This document shows, piece by piece, positions 11,327-23,015 of a stretch of 64,000 bases of DNA (within the stretch, counting starts at the first letter, position 1; each line of letters starts with the position of its first letter). The notes beneath the pieces are model-generated. The model saw only the letters and a list, made by a program, of their open reading frames with translations. It made no database searches and was not told the DNA's origin. A program made the position numbers and the translations under genes. The stretch is taken from assembly GCA_034226945.1 (NCBI GenBank), contig CP120462.1:558001-622000 (forward strand), in the 5' to 3' direction. Source of the stretch: Picochlorum sp. SENEW3. Lineage: Eukaryota.

Positions 11327-11645
11327 TAGAGCAAAGCATGTAACAGTTAATATTATTAAATTTTATCTATTTATGCCGGATTGTGAATGAAATATCATCA
11401 CAGGTGCGTTCTGCCAGTAGAAAGCGTCACCTTTCTTTGGGAGCGTGATTCGATCAGTGGAGATTTCACGCTGATAGCCTTTACAACGCATGCGATTCAA
11501 ATACATTCAAATACAATATTAACTAAAATAGTCTCAATTCGGTATATTCTGTCTTGCAGTTGAGCAACACTCTTGACGGTTGAACGTCTGATTTGTTCGT
11601 TGGTTTGTTGACAGGGGCACGAGTACCTGTGTAGATGGAATAAAC

Positions 11646-14600
11646 ATGCTTGGGAATGAATTGTATCAGAATCCGGCTGTGGGTGATTACGACCCGGAGT
11701 CTCCGCGACCCAACAGTATGACTGGCACGACAGGCCCGTCCTCTGTGGTGCCTGGAACAGGTGAGTCGCATGGGATGGATTTTGGTGCACCGCCACCCCC
11801 TCCGCCGCCTCCAATGATGGGTTTTCCTGGTCAATTTATGGGAAGGCAGGGTATGAGTAAGATTCCGGGTCCTGGAAGTGCGAGTTCCACGGGAGGAGGG
11901 GTCGCTCCTCCCATGTGGCCTCCATCAAAAGTGCCAACAATGATGGGAAAGCCCCCGCGTGCTGCTCCCTCGATGCAGCAGCAAGATGTACAGGTTAGCA
12001 GGACTTCTAGCCTGCAGAGTGGGAGCTGGAATACGAGATCATCATTTGATGCACCCCCTGGAGTGCCTGGGAATGTTGGGCCACCTGTGGCGAATGTGAG
12101 CGAGGTGGGCGAGCCACCACGCTTTGATCAACCAGTCTCTCAGACAGTAGAGTCCGCGCAAGACGTATTCGACTCGCAACAGTACTCGAACCAGGAACAA
12201 TATCTTCTGCATGAGGAGCAGCACTATGTGCATGAGGAACAGCAGTATATGCATGAGGAGCAGCAGTATGCACATCAGGAGCATCATTGGGACGACAATA
12301 ATAATAGAGAAATGTTCAATGTACGTGAGCATCATACAGGGTATGATGGGCAAGGATCTCATCTCCCAGGGGATGCGAGTCAGGGAACAAGCCATAGGCC
12401 TACTAAAATGCCACCGCCAGCTATTGCAAAAGAGTCCCCATTGAGAGCACTCTATGCGAAAGGAACAGAAGGCTATGAGAAGCACAGGAAAAAAATCACT
12501 TTAAACATGTCTCTTGATGCAGTAGCTCATACGAATAGGGTTCCTGCCATGGCTGAGAGGGACAAGGAGGCCCCTTCTGTTGATGTTGCCAGTATGCACT
12601 CAAATGATCAGGAATCAGCGCAACAGACAAATGCCCCTCCATTGTTTCCTATGCCTCATGCTGGAAGTCATGAGGTGCTCGGCTATCAGCAACCTGCTAG
12701 TCACGAGCCAACACGATTTGATGGACATCAAGGGCCTCAAGCATTTGAGCCACCATCACAGTTCATGGGTGGAGAATCGACTATGCAGTCAAATGGCCCG
12801 CCTTCATCACAATTTTTGGAAGGAGAGTCTCAGGGGCAGGCATTGCAGCCACCTCCACCGTCTCAATTTATGGGAGGAGAGCCAGGTATCGAGTCAACAG
12901 GACCACCATCGCAGTTTGTTGGTGGGGAGTCACGTACGCAGTCACCAGAAACTGAGCATGAACACATCAAATCCCGCCCATATACGAAGAGAGGAAAGGG
13001 ATTTTTCCTGTTCAGAAAGCGTGTGATTTTTCTACAAATGCTCTTCCTGACAGTGTTGGTCGTACACCCATCTTGGATCATGATGCACATGACAGTTGCT
13101 GGTGCCTTGTTCCAGTCAGGTTTGACCGGGTATGCATTGGTGGAGCCTGTCAAATTCAGAGGAATGCTTCATTCACAGTATCCACCAGAGAGCAGCGTGC
13201 ATCCTTATATTGAAACAATAGAGAATTGTTTCAACATGTTTACACAGGCCTCACAGAGTGCATGGGATAGCACAGAGTCCAGGTTGACTTGTAGTTCCTC
13301 TAGTATCATGTGCCGCTGGGCCAAATCATCTGTGCATGCATCTTTAATGGTCGGAACAGTTTCAAAAGAATGCACGTTATCGTTCTATAGATCGATTCCT
13401 GGAATGATGAAGTCTTCTATGTCTCAAACCATGCAAGTTGCTCATGCAACAAAATCTGTAGTGCAATCAGGTAATCTATGGAATCTTCAGTTCCTGCAAG
13501 GATGGATGCGAGAGAAGGCCATGAATGCCAAAGACAATATATCGCTGCTGATACATGGTGGAAAGGACTTTGCGATCTGCACTGCTAGGACATCATTCAA
13601 TAGTAGAAGCATTGTGAATCTGTCCCGGAACATCATCCTCTGCTGGACGTCCAGTTTCGAGGAATTTTTGAAAGTGAAGCAAGGCCAAGAAGTTGACGTT
13701 GAGTTCCAGGAAGTGATGCATGATGAAGAGAATCATTATGAAGAAGAGCAGCACCTATATATGGATGAAGAAGACAGTTTGAACGTCACTGAAAAATTGC
13801 CTGGGCAAGGGGAGGAGGAGGAGGAAAAAGATCACAACGCTTCAATGGCAGAGCCTGACATCATGGAGCAGTATTTAAGTGACACCATGGAGCCTCCAGT
13901 GCCACATGAAGTCTTTGAACCTGAGCAGTATCCATCACATGAGGAATATCCTCAACATGATGTGAATTATATGGCTGACACCATCTATGGTGAAGAACTC
14001 GACACGAGGCAAATAAACGACACGATAGAAGAAGATACTCATTTTGATCAGGATTCAGAACCCTTGCCTCATGAAGAAGAGAAGAATGCAGAAGAACGTG
14101 TTAATGACACAAAGGGCTCGAATGAGCCAGAGTATCCTACATATGATGGTGGCCTTCCTGATTATGAGTACGGCTTGTCGCAGGACAATGAAGAGCAAGT
14201 TCCGATGACTGATGATGATGTGGAAGATGTGGAAGCCACGCTTGAGCCCCCTGTACCGGTTGAAAATCCAGAATCCACAGAGGAGGTACCTCTTGATGAC
14301 AATGAAGCAGTCCCAGAGACAAGGGAGGAGGTGCCTGCCAAAGATGATGGTGACGTAGACAATGCTGCTCGTGATTCACTAAAGGAAGAGAAGGGCAGCG
14401 ACCTGAGGGCCATGCTGGAGAGCAATGCCCCAGCACATGACACAATTGATGACAGTGCAGCAGTACAAGACAAGGAGACTGGCGTGAACGACGCTGAAGA
14501 CATCAAACAAGACGAAGAGAAGGAAGAATTGAGCGCATCAGGCCATCATGTCGTGGAGGGAGAACAAACACGCGGGACCCCGCAGCCCAATGACATGGTA

Positions 14601-15200
14601 CTCATGGCACAGAGAGCAATGTCCTGGGTCTATGACACCTCACAAGCCTTGCAGGACAAGTCCATTCATGCAGCGTTGCTGCTTATAGATATAATAGACA
14701 CAAATAAAACGCACATATTGACAGCTGTGGTCAGCGCTCTTGGCGTCTCTTCCATATTCCTGGCACAAGGATACCTGAACCGTAACAGAAGAGGAAAAGA
14801 CATTCTCAGCACCCCAAAGTCTGTGATTCGCGTTGACGATATGGACACACCAGCGAGCAAGGCAGTGTATGATCATGATGCTGATGACGACGAGCCACTC
14901 ACAGTGTACAAATCGGCCCGCTCAACAAGGCCAAGGAGATCCAAAGGTATGCCTCTTTAAATTTTTGCCTTGAAATTGCAATGCGCCCTTTGATATTGGG
15001 TTATGTGTGCAGTGAGCAATCTCCACGCCGTGGATGATGATGATGAAAACAATGAGCTTGATAGTGTAGCCCCTCGAACATCGAGAAGAAGAGCCTCCCG
15101 TGCTAGCACCCGCCATGCAGAGGATGAAAAACCGACACGGTCTTCATCACGAACAAGAAAGGCACGGTCCACATCCTCGAGTCGAAGGAAAAAGACGTAA
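11646..15200 (+). CDS. large low-complexity membrane protein (Pro-rich N-terminus, acidic middle, two hydrophobic segments, Ser/Arg-rich tail); 2 exons (11646-14946, 15013-15200)
   Basis: 1104-aa ORF extended by intron 14947-15012 (GTATGC...TGCAG) in frame to RRKKT*; HEEQQY and PPSQFxGGE repeats; TGTAA at 15222. Confidence 0.8.
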
Positions 15201-15467
15201 CATAACTAAAATCATACATAATGTAAGTAGAATAATCTAGAGCCTTGCAAATATCCACACTCAGGTCATAACCACTTGTCATCTGCAGCAGATTTATTTG
15301 CATGGTACTTCTAACGCTCCGACAATGCTGACTCGACTGGACCCCGCGGTCACATGCCACTGTCCCCCTCTTATCCGCGCTCTGCCCCACTCTTCAGCAT
15401 TAAAAACTACGAAAAAGTATATAAATGAATCCATGAGAGCCCTCTACTCATACCTCAGGCTTTTCTG

Positions 15468-16745
15468 ATGCCTGAACGTGGCAGGATGTTCCAAGAAGAC
15501 GATGACTGGAAAAAGATTATTGATAGGAACGGGGACTTTATCACCCCATTTTGTGAGAGTGTCGATACACCAGACGATATAACCTTGGACTCCTGCAGCC
15601 ACGAAGGCGCTACAGCAAGTCTTACAGATACTTCACATGTTGAGGAAGAGCCGTATCTACGAACAACCTCGACTGCGACACGGTTTACCCATCCAAGCAC
15701 ACTTTTAGCTGAAGGAAATATTCAGGATACATGTATTGTAGCATTTGATGCTGAAGAAGCAAAGAATATGACTGCAGATGATTTGGCAGTTTCCATGGAG
15801 CAAGCCTTGTTGCTGGGAAGTCAAACAGACTCTCAATCTCCCGAGGAGGCTACACACCACGTATCAGATGTAAGTTGGTTTCGGCGCTTACAATTCGGTA
15901 AAATGGTCGGGTGCGGGAGCCATGGGCAAGTGTATGTGGTAAACTTGAATGGACAGACATTTGCTGCCAAAATTCTGCGAGCCTGTACACGTCAAGAAGC
16001 GACACAGCTTTCCTCTGAAGCAAAGCTGAATCTTCAATTCAGTCATGATAATATTGTGACGACGCACAAGTGCGTCGCGATTTCTCACCAGAGGCCATCC
16101 TTGTCTGGGAAGCTCAGCATTGATGATGTTTCCTGTGAGATGTGGATTCTGCAAGAGCTCTGCGAAGCAGGAAGTCTGCATGCTGTACTTGAAGATCGTG
16201 TATTTGAGGTGGGATCAGTCGAGGAAAAAGAAAAGATCGTGTGCAGCGTCGCATTGGATATTGCTCGAGGCCTCGAGTACCTCCACTCCCAAGACATTAT
16301 CCACGGAGACTTGTCGAGTAACAATGTCTTGTTACAAAAACGCAATGATGACACAGAAAGTGACAACACATGGAACCTTACTGCAAAAGTGAATGATTTC
16401 GGAAGAGCCAAATACAGACAAGGGCTCAAATCAATGAAGACAAATACACTCGGAACTGTCACCTACATGCCACCAGAAATGCTCATGGATGGCTCTCTAA
16501 AACCGTCTCTTGACATTTATTCGCTCGGTATACTGCTAGTTGAAATGTGGAGCGGCCAAAACCCGTGGGGTACAGCAAATTTTGCTCAAATCATCTTTGC
16601 TGTGTCCCAAGGCAAGATTCCTTGCGTCCCTGATAACGTACCACACTTTCTGAGAGAGATTATACACAAGTGTTTGTCCGGGGTTGCAGCAGAGAGACCT
16701 ACAGCGAGCGACGTCGTGCGTTATTTTGAGTCGAGAGAAGATTGA
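15468..16745 (+). CDS. tyrosine-kinase-like (Raf/MAP3K-like) Ser/Thr protein kinase
   Basis: GCGSHGQV, AAK, HGDLSSNNVLL, NDFG, GTVTYMPPE, DIYSLG, ERPT. Confidence 0.92.
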   Translation: MPERGRMFQEDDDWKKIIDRNGDFITPFCESVDTPDDITLDSCSHEGATASLTDTSHVEEEPYLRTTSTATRFTHPSTLLAEGNIQDTCIVAFDAEEAKNMTADDLAVSMEQALLLGSQTDSQSPEEATHHVSDVSWFRRLQFGKMVGCGSHGQVYVVNLNGQTFAAKILRACTRQEATQLSSEAKLNLQFSHDNIVTTHKCVAISHQRPSLSGKLSIDDVSCEMWILQELCEAGSLHAVLEDRVFEVGSVEEKEKIVCSVALDIARGLEYLHSQDIIHGDLSSNNVLLQKRNDDTESDNTWNLTAKVNDFGRAKYRQGLKSMKTNTLGTVTYMPPEMLMDGSLKPSLDIYSLGILLVEMWSGQNPWGTANFAQIIFAVSQGKIPCVPDNVPHFLREIIHKCLSGVAAERPTASDVVRYFESRED

Positions 16746-17272
16746 CACACAGTGTGTATGCCTTACAACCTCGTGCAGGGGCGTGGCTGACGTGATGATT
16801 CATGGCCCATGGCTAGGTATATACGACCGTGGGTCGTTTTCTAAAATCGACCAGGTGTTAATTGTACGTTAGTCCCAATGATTGGCACACAAATGCAATC
16901 CTACAGTAAATATTTTAAATTGATTGATTGATTGATATTTAAAACACGTAATATAGTGCGGATTGGGGTTGTGTAGACCAACCTGTTGGCTCGCATTCGT
17001 GACGACTGACTGTAAGTGTACCGTCTTCGACGGTCTCGTGTGTCGCAAGCATTTCCATCCTTGGGTTTGCTTCGAATATATTTGCAATAATTCATCAGTA
17101 TTTGGCAATCGGATTCCACGTGCCCATTCAGACTGCAGTGGACCTGTGTGGACAGACGCGGCCTGGTATTCGAACGTGTCCTCCTGCAAGGGACATGCGT
17201 CTCATTTTGAATTCAACTTTGATATCGATGTCAGTTTGATCCATTGTCCACGACTCTGAGAGCATCATCATC

Positions 17273-18313
17273 ATGAGTGGAGAGGACGAACCGAGTGTCC
17301 ATATGGAGCCTCGAGAGCTAGCGCCACGGGAGTTATTGCCTGGCTCACGGTATCAATGTGTGGAGTATTTGAATCGAGGAGCAAACGGATTTGTTGTGAT
17401 GGCTGTGGATTCCATCACGAAGAAGAGGTTTGCCTTGAAGTTTATTCCACTGAATTCTACCAAGAGCAAATATGTGGAGAGGGAGATTATTAATCAGTTC
17501 AAGTTAAAGCATCCTCATATTATCAAGTTGGAGGAGTTGTTTGTGACTGAGGACCATTTGGTGTTGGTGTTGGAATATGCGGATCGAGGGGATTTGTTTA
17601 CATATGTCAAGGCAAAGGGTGGGTTGACAGAGGATACAGCGAGGTGGTATTTTCAACAGTTGATCTTGGCGGTGGACTTTTGCCATAAGATGGATGTTGT
17701 GAATAGAGATATAAAGTTGGAGAATATTTTGTTGACGAATGCTGGAGGGAAGAAAAAGATGGTCAAGCTGTCAGATTTTGGGTTTTCAAAAGATATGAAT
17801 AGACATAGTGCACCGAGTACGAGGATTGGCACCGTCATGTATATAGCGCCGGAAATTATTATGAATGAAAGACATGTTGAGTATGATGCGAGAATGTCTG
17901 ATGTGTGGTCGTGTGGGGTTGTGCTGTATGTGATGTTGACATGCCGGTATCCGTTCAAGAAGGATCAGGATTCGCTCGGTTCTAGCGGTATTAAGCAGGC
18001 GCATAGTCTGGTGAGGAGGACGATGGAGAATATATTTGATCCTGTACTGAATGCATCGAGACATTGCAATGAATTGTTACGGAAAATGTTGGACTCTGAT
18101 CCGAATAAGAGAATCTCGATTGAAGAATTGATGAAGCATCCATGGTTTTTGAAAAGCTTGAACAAAGGTGTTGCAAAGTTTAATGATCAGGTGGTGAAGC
18201 AGTTGACCGAGGCACCACGTGTGAATGATCAGATGGTGATTGATGTGAGGAAAATCCTTCGTGGAGAATCAAACATCATTGTCAAGCCTCAGACGTCAGT
18301 GGGCGGGAAATGA
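17273..18313 (+). CDS. SnRK2-like Ser/Thr protein kinase
   Basis: LNRGANGFV, ALK, REIIN, HPHII, NRDIKLEN, SDFGFSK, GTVMYIAPE, DVWSCGV; TGTAA at 18389. Confidence 0.9.
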   Translation: MSGEDEPSVHMEPRELAPRELLPGSRYQCVEYLNRGANGFVVMAVDSITKKRFALKFIPLNSTKSKYVEREIINQFKLKHPHIIKLEELFVTEDHLVLVLEYADRGDLFTYVKAKGGLTEDTARWYFQQLILAVDFCHKMDVVNRDIKLENILLTNAGGKKKMVKLSDFGFSKDMNRHSAPSTRIGTVMYIAPEIIMNERHVEYDARMSDVWSCGVVLYVMLTCRYPFKKDQDSLGSSGIKQAHSLVRRTMENIFDPVLNASRHCNELLRKMLDSDPNKRISIEELMKHPWFLKSLNKGVAKFNDQVVKQLTEAPRVNDQMVIDVRKILRGESNIIVKPQTSVGGK

Positions 18314-18398
18314 TGTAGTGCACCATGGTTGTTTTCTGTCTGTACATACTGATATATGCTAGCGATGTACATACATTTATAGATTTAATGTAAATAAT

Positions 18399-21300
18399 TT
18401 ATGAAGATGTAGAAGAAGATTCTGATTCATTTGCAAAGAATATGGCAAGAATTCCCCCAATGCAGACACAGGTGATCATGAGAATGTTGATTGAGAAGAA
18501 CATGATTGTCTTGCTCGGGAGTTGCCGGAACTCAAAGTTTGGTTTAGCAGCAATGCTGTGTTCAAATATGTTTTCAGGGATGACTGGGATGATGATTCCC
18601 TTTTGTTCCAGCTGAGATGGCAACATTTGACTCAGTTGGGAAAATATTGTGGAGAGCATCACCGATCCTGGTTGACTGAGCAACCGAGAGCCCAGAGTTT
18701 CTGTCGCGCGTCTACCCATGATGACAGAACTTGCGTTCCTCTTTTGCATGCGGAGTAGACTCTGGTCTTCAGCTGCAATCTCATGGCTGAGAGCTTGGGA
18801 CATTTGCCTGATCAAGTCCAAGCCATGCTTTCTGGCTTCATTTCTGTCAAACTCTACAGGAATGGACAGCATACGATTAAAGTTGGATGCTTTAGTATCT
18901 GGCTTTGCGCTCAATCCAGGGGACAGAAGCAATGACTGTTGTCGTGTATTGCCAAATCTGTCACGGGGGTGCCATGCTGACGAGCTCACTACCCCTGTGC
19001 TCTTTGTTTGCGGCCTTGCCAAGGGTTGTATTTCGGAGCGATGTGGTACAGAAGATGTCAATGACGATGATCTAACGATTGGGCCATCAAAGAATGGGCT
19101 GACAAAATCTGTACTGCTTTCCTCGTGATTGTTGAGTTGTAAATGAGCTACAACGTCCTTTGTGAGATTTTCAAGACCAACTTCTTCCTCGCCTCTGAAC
19201 ACTTTGCCACTGTCCGTGATTATGAGTTTCTTCTGATCTTTGATCTCTGAATGTAGACTGGAAAGTGTGTTTGAGGATTCGTCGTCAAAGAATGGACTGA
19301 CAAAATCTGCACTGCTTTCTTCGTGATTATTTAGTTGCAGATGAGCCACAACATCCTTTGTGAGATTCTCGAGCCCAACTTCTTGCTGGCCTCTAAATAC
19401 TCTCCCGCTATTCGTAATGTGAATGCCTGTCTGAATTTCGAGCACGTTCCGTGTTGATGATGATGTGCCTTTGTGGAATGAGTGACTACTCCCAGATGGA
19501 ACATAAGATTGTTTGTGAGTATTAAGGCCTCCGTTGTTAGATGGCGTTGGTTCACCAGAGCTGTCATCTTCTTCCTGAATCTCTGCTAGACGACCCGAAA
19601 ACCCAGTTAGATGGCCTATATCAACATGTGACGAGGTAGGCCAGACAACACTTTCTCTGGAACTCATACTTGATCCCAAGGGATCAATCATATGGCTCTG
19701 TAGTATCGTGGAATCCTTTTGGGGGACTCGCTGGCCCTTGCTGTTTTTTTCTTGTACCATTTTATGAATGCCAGAATCAGACAAGATTGTGCTGTTCCCT
19801 TTACCAAGGCTTGGCCATTGAGGGACCAGGCTTCCAAAACTGTCAACATGCGATTGAAGATGATCAATGGACAAGGAACGCACATCTGGTCTATCTGATG
19901 TAAGCCTAGAAATACCTTCTGGTTCGGGTAGAATTGTAGACACAACAAGTCCAGATTGGAGGAGAGTTTCTGCAGTCTTCCTGGGCAGGGCAACTCGCCC
20001 AATATTTGTGCTGCTATAGGAGCGCTGGAATGGCGATTTTGACCCCTTTGTGGCGCCATCTGAAAACATTCTCCCCACAGATGAAAGCATTCTCCCAATG
20101 CCAGATCTCTTTGGGCGCTCAGAACTTGCATCACTGGCATCGTCATCCCAATCACCATCTTCAAACGGACTTACGAGATCATCATCATCATCGTCATCAT
20201 GAGGCCGGAACACAGAAACAACATTTTCAGTCAATTTATCAATTTTGTACCGTTTTCCTTCCTCCATCTCAATGAACGAGGAGCCCTGCTCAGCAATACT
20301 AGATTTGCGATGACGAACAACCCTATTCTTCTCATCAACCCCAAATTTCTTGTGATCAATATTTGCATCCCATGCAATTTTCCATCCCTGTTCTGTTTCC
20401 ACTCTAGGCATCAACGTTGAAAGTGGAGGCCATAAACACAAGCAAATGAAAAATGACCAGAGCAGGGAAGTAACAAGCATGATGATTTCCCACAAAGAGT
20501 ATAGTCCTGTGGCAGACCGTGCAATTACGAATACCGTTGATCCCAAGGTGGCAGCATAATAGGCAATAAATGGCCAAGTACACGCCAGCGTCTCGGAAAG
20601 GTTACTTGTCGTGCTATCACTGTCCTTTTTCGTCACCACAAATGATATTTCAAACTTGAGAAATCTGAAAAGTTTAACCTCCCCAATGAAGGTCTTGATG
20701 ATTGACTTAATGTGATTTGGCGCCATCCATACCCACATCTGTCCACCACGCCACAATTCCAGGTCTCCACCTGCAGAACATGCCTTGTGAGCTTGCCACA
20801 TCATCAAGCGATTTATCGAAAAGAATACTCCAAAAGCAATACAAAATTCCCACAGATTTCCCACAGTCACAGGTGATATCTCTACATACGGGTACAGTAA
20901 TGGTACAATGGCAAGAAATACAGTCCCTATTGCAAGGTAATGATGAGCGCCAATTTCAAAGAATAAACATGACTGTGCCATGGTCAGCCCCGCTTTTCTT
21001 AGTGGATTATCTCTGTATAAAATCTGCATAGCACCAACTGCCCATCGTGTCCTCTGCTGGAAGACTCCAGCAATATCCTCTGGAGCCATTCCATATACAA
21101 GTCTTTCGACCAGAAACATATTTGCAAAGCCTGCTGCAAGCAAACACATGGCTGTATTGCAATCCTCAGTAATACTACCGAATGCCTGCCCCCCGATGGA
21201 CACCAAGATGGAGCGTTTGAATATCACTCCAGTGCCACAACATGGACAACAGCCCACGCCGTCTCTCCCTTGAAGCATGGGACCGTAAAAGAACCGTGCA

Positions 21301-22809
21301 CAGTGTACCATTGGGTCATCATTTGACACATTCCAGAAATCCTGTGGAAGCTGAAGCAACCCGGCAAAATCTTTCATCACCCATTCATCACCCTTGTTCT
21401 GGACCAGAAAATGCCCCAACGCTCTCCGAAGAAAAGAGGGGTGAATGATCATATCACAATCAAGCACGAGAATATAATCTGTATCTGGTGAAGAAGCTGT
21501 CAGCAGACAACTGTTGATATTGCCAGCTTTAGCATGATGAGGCACCCCTTTCACCTTGTCTCTGGCAACATACTTGAGGTTTGCTCTACGCCCCATGTAT
21601 TTCAACTGATAATTGATCCGTCGAGTCATGTCCTTCACATCGGTCGACTTTCCATCATCTAAAACATACACAGTGAGCTTTTCTCCCGGAAAATCTGAAT
21701 TCAATGCGGCAACAACAGTTGCCTCTAAAATTTCAACTGGCTCTGTATATCGTACAATAAATATATCAGTCTGAGGGTATTCTTCTGGCTCTAACATAGC
21801 CGCAATATCTCTTCCTGGCCTCTCAATCTGATTGAACAGAGAATATATAAAGCAAAGTCCAAGGGTCCAACCGACTGCCTCAACAAGCCAAAATGGCATA
21901 CTGTAAAAATAATAATAACCAGGGTTCAATGATCGTAAAACCCTCCAAACAAGATAGCATGCCGAACTTATAATGTACAAAACAGCGAGTATTCTAAATT
22001 TCTTCAAGGTTGGGGGGATTCGCGTGCCTGGAGACCCGATACCTTCATCTGCTCGCTTCATATACTCATCAATTGATGCTAGTGGTTGTACAGACCCACG
22101 CATCCTTTGCCAATTCGTCCCTTCTTTCACATAATAACAATCCTTGTAGTCATAAGGACTTACAACAACCTGTTCAGAAGCGACACTTGAAAGAAAAAGC
22201 GAAATATTTCCATGCCCTTGATTTGCCGCAATCTGAGCAGCAGTATACCCTACACAACATGTACAGATGCAATGATCACTAGGCATTCATGCATCCATTC
22301 AACGAAAGCAAAGACAAATTCTTACCAGCAAATGTTTGCATCTTCCAATCTGCCCCAAATGCAATCAAAATCTTGACAATGAGAAAGCCTGAAAGCCCTC
22401 CCTGTGACGCAGCATAATGCAGCGCTGTGTACTTCCAACCATCTTGCTTGAAAGCATTCACATCTGCTCCATTTTGGCAAAGCCACAGCACAGCACCGAC
22501 TTGTCCCTGTACGCAACTTGCGTGAAGAGCGGTGAAACCATCCAAATCTGCATCAACAGTCCAATAGGAGCTCCTCTCCTTGATAGCAACCATGGCTGGC
22601 AGATTGCCAGTCGCAGCAGCATAACGAAACTTGCCCCTATCTAACGCGAGCATCGTCTTCCTTGATTTCCATGCTCTCCCTATCCAGCATGACAGAAGAT
22701 AAAGGCATACAGCGGCGATATAGCCACCGAGAAGCACCAACCCATACAAGTCAACAGCAGGAGCGTTCTCGAGGATCAATCCCCCCACTCGAGTTTCCTG
22801 ATCCGACAT
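18399..22809 (-). CDS. ankyrin-repeat-containing cellulose-synthase-like GT2 (processive beta-glycan synthase); 2 exons (22809-22326, 22249-18399)
   Basis: Intron 22325-22250 (GTAAGA...TGTAG) fuses the ankyrin exon (GFTALHASC, TALHYAA, G|YTAAQIA) to the GT2 with DDG, HAKAGN, DCD, TED, QRTRW and multiple TM helices. Confidence 0.88.
19086..19418 (-). repeat. internal 135-nt (45-aa) direct duplication in the GT2 C-terminal tail (19086-19220 and 19284-19418)
   Basis: ITNSGRVFRGQQEVGLENLTKDVVAHLQLNNHEESSADFVSPFFD vs ITDSGKVFRGEEEVGLENLTKDVVAHLQLNNHEESSTDFVSPFFD. Confidence 0.95.
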
Positions 22810-23015
22810 TCGATTTTTACAATGACTTCATTGTGTGCATCTGGCTACACCGTACGGTTGGCACCATGAGCCCAAACTTTGTTGCTTGTTTCGTGCTTGT
22901 CCAGGACAAGGAGGGACCAAACCCTGCTAGGAAAAGGCATTCGATAATATCATAATCACACGGATTTAAAACAGTATAATTTTATTTTTTAAACAGGGTT
23001 GGGGTACGAAGAAAC

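Noticed and set aside
12210..12290. Short regularly spaced repeats resembling a CRISPR array
   Set aside because: 21-nt in-frame coding tandem repeats without unique spacers, in a eukaryotic gene; no cas genes
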